A DNA stretch of 64,000 nucleotides. Origin: an uncultured Actinomycetes bacterium (lineage in GTDB: Bacteria; Actinomycetota; Thermoleophilia; Gaiellales; Gaiellaceae). Made by a program: the position numbers and the translations under genes. Where the stretch lies: assembly GCA_963728765.1 (NCBI GenBank), contig CAVSKX010000004.1, positions 470,137 through 534,136 on the forward strand, written 5' to 3'. Below the pieces are notes generated by a model, which saw only the letters and a list, made by a program, of their open reading frames with translations, was not told the origin of the DNA and made no database searches. Of this stretch, positions 8,400-15,841 are shown one piece after another; within the stretch, counting starts at the first letter, position 1; the number at the start of each line of letters is the position of its first letter.

Positions 8400-8935
8400 T
8401 CCTCCCTTCGCCGCTTGCGGCAGCTCTGCGCGAAAGCCACGCCCAGCGCCTTGAAGATCGCCTCAAGCACGTGGTCCGGCTCCGATCCTTCGATCAGGCG
8501 CACGTGCAGCGTCAGCCCGGCGCCCTCGGCGAGCTCGTGCAAGAAGGTCGCGACGATGTCGCTCCCACTTCCCGCGATCCGTGCATCGCTCAGGTCGAAG
8601 TTCGAGACGACGAGCGGCCGGCCGGAGACCTCCACCACGACGTGCGCGAGCGCCTCGTCGGCCGGCACGACCGCCGAGCCGTGCCGCCTGCGGCCCTCGG
8701 CCTGGAAAGCGCTGGCGAGAGCCTGACCGAGCGCTCGCCCCGCTGCGGCGACCTCTTCCTCGGCGTCGCCCGGTGCGACTTCGAGCGCGAGATCGAACGA
8801 CGCGTACTGCGCGAGCAGCGTCAGGAGGTGGTCGAGGACGGGAACGCCGGTGGCGACGCTCGCCTTGCCGCTGCCGGCTACGTCGACCCGCGCGTGCAGC
8901 CGCCCCGCCTCGTCGGCTCGGCCCAGGCGCGGCAT
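8396..8935 (-). CDS. Imidazoleglycerol-phosphate dehydratase-like protein; divergent, with several metal-ligand histidines absent
   Basis: 179 aa counted back from the stop. TGVPVLDHLLTLLAQYASFDLAL, GRALGQAL, VPADEALAHVVVEVSGRP and DHVLEAIFKALGVAF align by eye to the IGPD fold. Confidence 0.65.
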   Translation of the reverse strand: MPRLGRADEAGRLHARVDVAGSGKASVATGVPVLDHLLTLLAQYASFDLALEVAPGDAEEEVAAAGRALGQALASAFQAEGRRRHGSAVVPADEALAHVVVEVSGRPLVVSNFDLSDARIAGSGSDIVATFLHELAEGAGLTLHVRLIEGSEPDHVLEAIFKALGVAFAQSCRKRRREE

Positions 8936-9099
8936 CAGTGCTCCTCCCGGTGATGCCGCCCGATCTGTCGGTCGCGAGCACCAAGCCAGGGGCCCCACTC
9001 GGCCGCGGCCAAGGCTGGTTGCCTTGGCAAGGGCGAGGGAGGTTCCTGGCGCCGCGTGATCGCGGGCGACAGGCGGGTGAGCATTGCCGGGTGGAGCAA

Positions 9100-10410
9100 C
9101 TAGCCCTCGATGCGCTCGATGTGGGCGCCGATCGAACGGAGCCGCTCGTCGATGCGCTCGTAGCCGCGGTCGATCTCGCCGATGTTCCCGATCGTCGACG
9201 TCCCCTCGGCGCAGAGCGCCGCCAGCAGCATCGCCATCCCAGCGCGGATGTCGGGGCTCGACATCTGCTGCGCGTAGAGCCTCGCGGGCCCGGTGACGAC
9301 CGCACGGTGCGGATCGCAGAGGATGATCCTCGCCCCCATCGAGACGAGCTTGTCGACGAAGAAGAGGCGGCTCTCGAACATCTTCTCGAAGATCAACACC
9401 GTCCCCCGCGCCTGCGTGGCGATTGTCACCGCGATCGAGGTCAGGTCGGCCGGGAAGGCGGGCCAGGGCCCGTCCTCGAGCTTCGGGATCTGGCCGCCGA
9501 GGTCGTCGCGGATCACGAGCTCCTGGTCCGGGGGCACTCGCAGCGTCGTGCCGTCGACCTCGACGCGGATGCCGAGCCGTTCCAGCGTCGGCAGAATCGC
9601 GCCGAGGTCCTTCGGCTCCACGTCGTCGATGATGATGTCGCCGCCGGTGACCGCCGCGAGGCCGATGAAGCTTCCGACTTCGATGTGCTCGGGGCAGATC
9701 CGCCACTCGCCGCCGCCGAGGCGGTCGACGCCGTGGACGCGCAGGACATTCGACTCGATGCCCTCGATCTGCGCGCCGAGCGAGACGAGGAAGCGGCAGA
9801 GGTCCTGGATGTGCGGCTCGCAGGCGGCGTTGCCGATCACCGTCTCGCCCGGGGTGAGCGCGGCCGCCATGACCGCGTTCTCGGTGGCCATCACGCTCGC
9901 CTCGTCCAGGAAGATGTGCCGGCCGCGAAGGCCGTCGGTGCGCAGCTCGAAGCGCGCGCCGATGTCGATCTCCGCGCCCAGCTCGGCGAAGGCGTGGATG
10001 TGCGGGTCGAGGCGCCGGCGCCCGATCACGTCGCCGCCCGGCGGTGGGACGCTCGCACGCCCGAGCCGCGCGAGCAGTGGTCCCGCCAGCAGGAAGGAGG
10101 CGCGGATTCGTCTCGACAGCTCGGCGTCGAGCTCGTGCGACGAGACGTCGGCCGCGTGCACGCGGACCTCGTTCTCACCGACCCACTCCACCTCGGCTCC
10201 GAGGCCCGCGATCAGCGCCATCATCGTCTCGACGTCGCGGATTCGCGGCACGTTGTGCAGCACGACGGGCTCGGTCGTGAGCAGGCACGCGGCGAGGTTC
10301 GGCAGCGCCGCGTTCTTGTTGCCCGCTGCCGTGATCCGGCCGCTGAGGGGCTGTCCGCCCTGGATCACGAAGGACTCCGAGAGCATGTCGGTGACCGCGG
10401 TCTGGGCCAT
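9100..10410 (-). CDS. murA: UDP-N-acetylglucosamine 1-carboxyvinyltransferase
   Basis: 436 aa: [34 protein letters not shown], and the C-terminal [19 protein letters not shown]. Confidence 0.95.
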   Translation of the reverse strand: MAQTAVTDMLSESFVIQGGQPLSGRITAAGNKNAALPNLAACLLTTEPVVLHNVPRIRDVETMMALIAGLGAEVEWVGENEVRVHAADVSSHELDAELSRRIRASFLLAGPLLARLGRASVPPPGGDVIGRRRLDPHIHAFAELGAEIDIGARFELRTDGLRGRHIFLDEASVMATENAVMAAALTPGETVIGNAACEPHIQDLCRFLVSLGAQIEGIESNVLRVHGVDRLGGGEWRICPEHIEVGSFIGLAAVTGGDIIIDDVEPKDLGAILPTLERLGIRVEVDGTTLRVPPDQELVIRDDLGGQIPKLEDGPWPAFPADLTSIAVTIATQARGTVLIFEKMFESRLFFVDKLVSMGARIILCDPHRAVVTGPARLYAQQMSSPDIRAGMAMLLAALCAEGTSTIGNIGEIDRGYERIDERLRSIGAHIERIEG

Positions 10411-10478
10411 AGCGAGGGGCTATCGTAGTAGCAAGCGTGAGCGGCTACCGGCAAACGTTCCAGGTCCTCGTCGCAGAC

Positions 10479-10535
10479 GGATGCACGGCCGAGCCGCGCA
10501 TCCTGACGCTAGGCATCGCAAGCGACGGCTAGGTC
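10479..10535 (+). repeat. Single copy of the two-hairpin repeat family, ending at the start codon of the HD gene
   Basis: GGATGCACGGCCGAGCCGCGCATCC-TGACGCTA-GGCATCGCAAGCGACGGC-TAGGTC, then ATG 10536. Homologous to the units of the 3097-3460 array and to 13002-13060. Confidence 0.5.
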
Positions 10536-11114
10536 ATGGAGCCGAGCCGCGACGCCGCCTGGGAGACCCTGAACCGCTACACGAAGAGCGAGGCGCTGCT
10601 GCGTCACGCGCTCGCTGTGGAGGCCGCCGTCGGCGCCTACGCGCAGAAGCTCGGCGAGGACGAGGAGCTCTGGCGGGCGACCGCGCTCCTGCACGACTTC
10701 GACTACGAGATGCACCCGACGCTCGACAAGCACCCGCAGGACGGCGCGCCGATCCTGCGCGAGGAAGGGTGGACGGACGAGGTCGTAGAAGGCGTCCTCT
10801 CCCACGCGTCGCACCTCGAGCTCCCGCGCGATACCCCGCTCAAGAAGACGCTGTTCGCCTGCGACGAGCTCGCCGGCTTCGTGCACGCCTGCGGCCTCGT
10901 GCGGCCCGACGGGATCCAGACGCTGGAGCCGAAGTCCGTGAAGAAGAAGCTGAAGCAGCCGTCGTTCGCCGCCGGGGTCAACCGGCAGGACGTCTACGAG
11001 GGCGCCGAGGAGCTCGGCGTCGACCTCGACGACCACATCCGGTTCGTCGTCGAGGCGATGCGCCCGATCTCGGCCCAGCTCGGACTACGGCAGAGCGCCG
11101 ACGAGCCGGTCTAG
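10536..11114 (+). CDS. HD-domain phosphohydrolase
   Basis: 192 aa: LLRHALAVEAAVGAYA ... ALLHDFDYE ... SHASH. Confidence 0.8.
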   Translation: MEPSRDAAWETLNRYTKSEALLRHALAVEAAVGAYAQKLGEDEELWRATALLHDFDYEMHPTLDKHPQDGAPILREEGWTDEVVEGVLSHASHLELPRDTPLKKTLFACDELAGFVHACGLVRPDGIQTLEPKSVKKKLKQPSFAAGVNRQDVYEGAEELGVDLDDHIRFVVEAMRPISAQLGLRQSADEPV

Positions 11115-12164
11115 GTCCTCGTCGCTGTTCCACCAGCCGCAGGAGACGCGGAGCAAGCCGTGCCCCGGGATGTCGCGGACGACGACCCCTTCTGCATAAA
11201 GCCGGCGCACGAGCTCGGCCGTGTCGCCTTCAACACGGAACGTGACGAGGGTCCCCTGCCCCGGGTGTGTGAGGACCTCGAACCGCTCCGCGATCAGCTC
11301 GCGGCAGCGTGCCACGTTCTCCGCTGCGCGGTCTAACCGGCCCTCGGGCGCCAGGTCGAGTGCCGCGTCGAGGCCGGCGAGCGAGGGCGGCGGCGTCCAC
11401 CCCGGGTCGAAACGGGCGGCGCCGTCGCGTGGCGTGAACGCGCCGGTCGGTTCGTAGCCCTGCTGTGAGAGGTAGCTCGGTGCAGCCACGGTGAGCGAGT
11501 CGGGGTCGCGCACTACGAGCCCGCCCATCGAGTCCGGGCCGCAGAGCCACTTCTGGCACGAGAACGCATAGAAGTCGACCTCGGTGGCCTCGATGGCGAT
11601 CGCACCTGCGCTCTGAGCGCCGTCCGCGAGCACGGGCAGCCCGGTCGCCTCCCGCAGCTCGGCGATCGGGAAGCGGTTTCCCGTCATCCAGCACACGTGC
11701 GAGAGGGCGATGAGTCGCGTCTTCGGCGTCACAGCGCGCTGGAGCTCGTCCAGCGATTCCTCGGCCGACAGCTCCCGGACCTCCGCGACGCGCACCTGCG
11801 CGGATGAGACCGCGAGCGCGCCGAGCAAGCCGAAATGCTCGCCGTCGGTCGTCACCACCTCGTCCTCGGGCCGGAGGCCAAGACCCGCGAGGACGATGTT
11901 GCAGCCGTTCGTCGTCGAGGTCGCGAGCGAGAGCGACTCTGGCGGCGCGCCGACGGCCGCGGCCAGCTTGGCGCGAACCCGGTCCCGCAGCGCGAGCGCG
12001 CGCTCGAAGTAGGCGGAGCCGCCGCGCCCGAGCTCGAGGTCGGCACGCTCTTGCTCCGCCATCGCCTCGGCGGTCGACCGCGCCAACGGCCCGTTCGTGC
12101 CCGCGTTCATGTACGCGAGGCGTTCGAACACGGGGAACTGCGCTCTGGCCTCCTCGAACGTCAT
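11085..12164 (-). CDS. Class V aminotransferase / cysteine desulfurase-like PLP enzyme
   Basis: C-terminal 359 aa of ORF 11085..12803, starting MTFEEARAQFP. Motifs YMNAGTNGP, ALSHVCWMTG and FSCQKWLCGP (PLP lysine context). ATGA overlap with the upstream gene. Confidence 0.8.
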   Translation of the reverse strand: MTFEEARAQFPVFERLAYMNAGTNGPLARSTAEAMAEQERADLELGRGGSAYFERALALRDRVRAKLAAAVGAPPESLSLATSTTNGCNIVLAGLGLRPEDEVVTTDGEHFGLLGALAVSSAQVRVAEVRELSAEESLDELQRAVTPKTRLIALSHVCWMTGNRFPIAELREATGLPVLADGAQSAGAIAIEATEVDFYAFSCQKWLCGPDSMGGLVVRDPDSLTVAAPSYLSQQGYEPTGAFTPRDGAARFDPGWTPPPSLAGLDAALDLAPEGRLDRAAENVARCRELIAERFEVLTHPGQGTLVTFRVEGDTAELVRRLYAEGVVVRDIPGHGLLRVSCGWWNSDEDLDRLVGALP

Positions 12165-12940
12165 TCGATCGTCACCTCCACCGGCGCATGGTCGGACAGG
12201 AGCTTGCCGTGAACGCGGCGCCTCTCGTCGGGCCAGCGGTGCGCGCGGCCGGACCTGGCGCCGCGCACGAGCACCTGGTCGATCCACGCGATCGGCTTCG
12301 TGAAGCCCCACGAGGCGAGCTCCGTCAGCGTCGAAGAACGCTCGCGAATGACGTTGAAGTCGCCCGCGACGACGAGCACGTCGTCGGGCTCCGCGAAAGC
12401 GTCCGCGAAGGTCGCGGCGCGCAGCAGCTCCGCGTCGGCAACGCGCCAGTCGTGGACGGCGGACCCGTGCAGGTTCGCCACCGTCAGCTCCTCGGTGCGC
12501 ACGGCGTGGCAGACGCGGCGTTCCTTCGCCCAGCGCAGGCTTCGGCCCCGGCCGAGGCGCAGCTCCCGGCCGATCCGTCGCCGAAAGGCCGGCGGGTTGA
12601 GCACGATCGAGTCCGTCTCGAGCACGCGCAGGCCGGCGCGCACCAGGATTGCGTTCGCCTGCCCGGTGAAGGCGGAGCGGAAGAGCCCGTAGTTCAGCTC
12701 CGTGATCAGGTGACCCAGCTCGGCGCTCCCGAGCCGAGGCCGCGCCGCGACGGCCCCGAATGACTGCATCCCGCTCCAATCGGCGAGGTGCCGCAGCGCC
12801 CACACCGGAACCTCCTGTAGGCAGACCACGTCGGGCTCGTCCTCGGTGGCGAGGCGCACTATCTCCTCCAGATGGCCCGCGCGCTCCGGCGGGCTCGTGT
12901 TGCCGTGGAAGACGTTCCAGGTGCGAACGAGCGGGCTCAA
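12161..12940 (-). CDS. Endonuclease/exonuclease/phosphatase (EEP) family protein
   Basis: 259 aa: TWNVFHG, PDVVCLQEV, VVAGDFN, and the C-terminal LSDHAPV. Confidence 0.75.
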   Translation of the reverse strand: MSPLVRTWNVFHGNTSPPERAGHLEEIVRLATEDEPDVVCLQEVPVWALRHLADWSGMQSFGAVAARPRLGSAELGHLITELNYGLFRSAFTGQANAILVRAGLRVLETDSIVLNPPAFRRRIGRELRLGRGRSLRWAKERRVCHAVRTEELTVANLHGSAVHDWRVADAELLRAATFADAFAEPDDVLVVAGDFNVIRERSSTLTELASWGFTKPIAWIDQVLVRGARSGRAHRWPDERRRVHGKLLSDHAPVEVTIE

Positions 12941-13001
12941 AGCCGGATTAGTCTAGGGCGATGGTCGCCAACCCCAATCGCGTCGATTGGTCATTTCAGG
13001 C

Positions 13002-13060
13002 GGACACACGAGCCGTGCGTGCGTGTTCCTGAAGCGGCATTGCAAGCGACGCGTTAGAAC
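13002..13060 (+). repeat. Single copy of the two-hairpin repeat family, ending at the start codon of the next gene
   Basis: GGACACACGAGCCGTGCGTGCGTGT-TCCTGAAGC-GGCATTGCAAGCGACGCG-TTAGAAC, then GTG 13061. It shares TCCTGAAGCGGC exactly with array unit 3239-3250. Confidence 0.55.
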
Positions 13061-13369
13061 GTGAGGAAGCGCCGCTTCGCCGACGTGATCTCGCGGCAGC
13101 TCGACCTCTTCGTCCGCGAGAACCTCGAGCTGCTCGACGCCTGCGACGCGGCCGAGCGCGCGTACGACCGCGCCGAGCGCGAGGTGGCCGAGGAGCGCTT
13201 CGGCGACTACCAGGACCTCGTCGAGACCGGCACCGAGATCCTGGCCGACCTGCGGGACAACTTCGCGTGGACACTCGACGAGGCCTCGGCCGAGGAGTAC
13301 GAGGACGAGTTCAACCGCGCGGTTACGAAGCGGCTTCCCCGCTTCGGCCTGGAGATCGAGAACCGCTAG
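13061..13369 (+). CDS. Hypothetical acidic helical protein
   Basis: 102-aa ORF with genome-typical codon bias. No family recognised. Confidence 0.5.
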   Translation: MRKRRFADVISRQLDLFVRENLELLDACDAAERAYDRAEREVAEERFGDYQDLVETGTEILADLRDNFAWTLDEASAEEYEDEFNRAVTKRLPRFGLEIENR

Positions 13370-13848
13370 CCGAGCTGCGCTGCGAAGCCGCCGACGATCG
13401 CGCCGTAGATGAGGTGGCCGACCAGCGTCCAGATGAGCGTGCGGCGGCCGTAGTTCATGAGCAAGAACCCCGGAGCCTCGAGAAGCGGGGTCTCCTCGGC
13501 GTCGGACCATGGCGACCCCATGCGGGGATGCACGGCCGGGAGCAGCACCGTCAGCAACGCGCCGCCCGCGAGACTGGCGTGGACGAGGCCGAGCGCGGCG
13601 CCGAACAGCCAGCCCGCGTGGCCCACCGCACGAAACACCGCGTAGTAGGCGAGCGCGAAGAGCAGGCCGTTGACGAAGTGCACGACGTAGCCGATCACGC
13701 TCGCGGGGCCACGCCGGTCGGTGAACACCGTGCCCAGCAGGAGCGGGATGTCCATCCGCGTCCACCCGAGCTCCTGCGCCACACGCAAGCCGCTCGTCAG
13801 CACGATCGTGCCGACGGCGCCGCCGGCGAGCGCACCCCAGAGGGTCAC
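13366..13848 (-). CDS. Hypothetical integral membrane protein (about 4 TM)
   Basis: 160 aa, Gly/Ala/Leu-rich hydrophobic segments. Overlaps the stop of the upstream GH15 gene. Confidence 0.6.
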   Translation of the reverse strand: MTLWGALAGGAVGTIVLTSGLRVAQELGWTRMDIPLLLGTVFTDRRGPASVIGYVVHFVNGLLFALAYYAVFRAVGHAGWLFGAALGLVHASLAGGALLTVLLPAVHPRMGSPWSDAEETPLLEAPGFLLMNYGRRTLIWTLVGHLIYGAIVGGFAAQLG

Positions 13849-15656
13849 GCGGCCTTCCTCTTCGCGGCCTCGGCGTCCACGATCGACACCGCTGCGTTGA
13901 CCAGCGCGAGGTGGGTCAGGGCCTGGGGGAAGTTCCCGAGGAACTCGCTCGTCCGCGGGTCGATCTCCTCGGAGTACAGGCCGACATCGTTGGCGAGGCC
14001 GACGAGCTCTTCCATCAGCGCGTTCGCATCATCCAGCCGCCCCGTGCACGCGTAGGCGTCGACAAGCCAGAACGAGCACGTCAGGAACGCTCCCTCCTCG
14101 CCCGCCAACCCGTCCTCGCCGCGGTAGCGGTACACGTACGGCCCCTCTCTGAGCTCCCGTTCAATCGCCGCGATCGTGCTCTGGATCCGCTTGCCGCGCG
14201 GTTCGTGGTAGCCCAGGAGCGCGAGTGTGAGCAGGCTCGCGTCGAGCTCGCGCAGGTTTGGTGCGCGGACGTAACTGCGCCGCTGCTCGTCCCAGCCCTC
14301 CGTGTCGACGAAGCGCTGGAGCTCGTCAGCCTCGGTTCGCCAACGCTTGTTGCGGTTCGGGATCATCCCCTCGTCGGCGAGCGCGCAGGCGCGGTCGAGT
14401 GCGACCCAGCAGAGCGCTTTCGACTGCGTGTAGTGCGTGCGCTCGCCGCGAACCTCCCAGATCCCGTTGTCGGGGTCGCGCCAGTGGCTCGCAACGTAGT
14501 CGGCGATGCGCGCCACCTCTTTGCCGGTGTCGCCGTCCAGGTGACCGACTTCCCTGCCGTAGAGCCAGATCGCTTCGAGGACGGCGCCGTACAGGTCGAG
14601 CTGGATTTGCTTGCTCGCGCCGTTTCCGATCCGGACCGGCGCCGAGCCGCGGTAGCCGTCGAGCTCTCGCAGCTCGCGCTCGCCCGTGTGGTCGGAGCCG
14701 TCGATCCGGTAGAGGATCTGAAGGCGCGGTTGCGTCAGGCGCGAGGCGTGCATGAGCCACCAGAAGAACGCGTGCGCCTCGTCGCGGAAGCCGAGTCGGA
14801 GCATGGCGTCGAGCGTCCAGCTGGCGTCGCGCAGCCACGTGAAGCGGTAGTCCCAGTTGCGCTCGCCTCCGATCCACTCCGGCAGCGACGTGGTCGGCGC
14901 CGCGACGATCGCGCCCGACGGCGCGAAGGTCAGCAGCTTGAGCGCAAGGGTGCTACGGACGACCGCCTCGCGCCAGGAGCCGTTGTACTCGGAACGGTCC
15001 GCCCACCGCGGCCAGAAGTTCACCGTACGTTCGAGGCGCCGCTCGGAGTCCTCACGGCCGGGGATGACCAACGGTTCCCGGTGGGACGCTGAGAGCGAGA
15101 GGATCGCGCTGGATCCTTGCGCGAGCTCGATCTGCCCGGAGATGACGCCATCGTGTGCCTCGCCCTCGCCCGCGTCGCAGAGCCCGAGCACAAGCGCGTC
15201 GGCGCCCGCGTGGGCGAACCACCGGCCGTGCCGGCGCTCGATCCGGGTGTCTGCTCGGCCGTAGCCGAAGCGCGGCTCGAGCGACCAGCGGAGAGGGACC
15301 GTGCCGGACAGCGCCTCCACCTTGCGCACCAGCTCCCGCATCGGCGAGATGCGCTTGATGTCGGTGAGGGTCATCGCGTCGGTCACGCGAACGCGGCCCT
15401 TGCCGGTCGTGAAGGTCGTCTCGAGAACGTTCGAGTTGGGCTGGTAGCGGCGCTCAGCCTCGAACGGAATCGCCGGCTCGAGCCTGAACGACCCGCCGCG
15501 CTTCGCGTCGAGGATGCGCGCGAAGACGGACGGCGAGTCGACGTTCGGCAGGCAGAGCCAATCGATGGAACCGTCGCGGGCGATGAGCGCGCCGGTGCGC
15601 CCGTCGCCCACGAGCGCGTATTCGCGGATCGGGGCGTAGCCGTCGACGCGTTCCAT
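13845..15656 (-). CDS. Glycoside hydrolase family 15 (glucoamylase/trehalase-like)
   Basis: ORF 13845..15740. Start at M29 (MERVDGYAPIREYALVGDGRTGALIARDGSIDWLCLP). Later ERNWDYRFTWLRDAS and a C-terminal (alpha/alpha)6 region. Confidence 0.85.
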   Translation of the reverse strand: MERVDGYAPIREYALVGDGRTGALIARDGSIDWLCLPNVDSPSVFARILDAKRGGSFRLEPAIPFEAERRYQPNSNVLETTFTTGKGRVRVTDAMTLTDIKRISPMRELVRKVEALSGTVPLRWSLEPRFGYGRADTRIERRHGRWFAHAGADALVLGLCDAGEGEAHDGVISGQIELAQGSSAILSLSASHREPLVIPGREDSERRLERTVNFWPRWADRSEYNGSWREAVVRSTLALKLLTFAPSGAIVAAPTTSLPEWIGGERNWDYRFTWLRDASWTLDAMLRLGFRDEAHAFFWWLMHASRLTQPRLQILYRIDGSDHTGERELRELDGYRGSAPVRIGNGASKQIQLDLYGAVLEAIWLYGREVGHLDGDTGKEVARIADYVASHWRDPDNGIWEVRGERTHYTQSKALCWVALDRACALADEGMIPNRNKRWRTEADELQRFVDTEGWDEQRRSYVRAPNLRELDASLLTLALLGYHEPRGKRIQSTIAAIERELREGPYVYRYRGEDGLAGEEGAFLTCSFWLVDAYACTGRLDDANALMEELVGLANDVGLYSEEIDPRTSEFLGNFPQALTHLALVNAAVSIVDAEAAKRKAA

Positions 15657-15737
15657 AGGGAGCGGATTCTGCCCACGGGCACGGTTGCGGGAAACGAGAG
15701 CTGAGGACGAATCGACCCGGATCCGGCACGAACGAGG

Positions 15738-15812
15738 CACACACGCGTGCGTCGAAGACGGGTACCGTCGACCGCGGAGGGAGGCGGGCTAGAGCCCCAC
15801 CCTCGGGTGGGG
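15738..15812 (+). promoter_or_regulatory. Bipartite intergenic element R5 plus C-rich/G-rich hairpin
   Basis: CACACACGCGTGCG-N11-TACCGT-CGACCGCGGAGGGAGGCGGGCTAGAG, followed by CCCCACCC-TC-GGGTGGGG. Same geometry as R1-R4. Confidence 0.45.
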
Positions 15813-15841
15813 GTACGGGTCTTCGCGGCCGGACGAGCTGG

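Noticed and set aside
8581-10428. Very long Arg/Ala/Pro-rich ORFs, for example 8581..10428 (+), 9293..11245 (+), 21777..23549 (+), 5226..6062 (+), 31669..33624 (-) and 56714..58960 (+).
   Set aside because: They are antisense or out-of-frame shadows of well-supported genes (murA, ppdK, glyS, accC and others), which is typical of high-GC DNA. They have low-complexity composition and no recognisable motifs.
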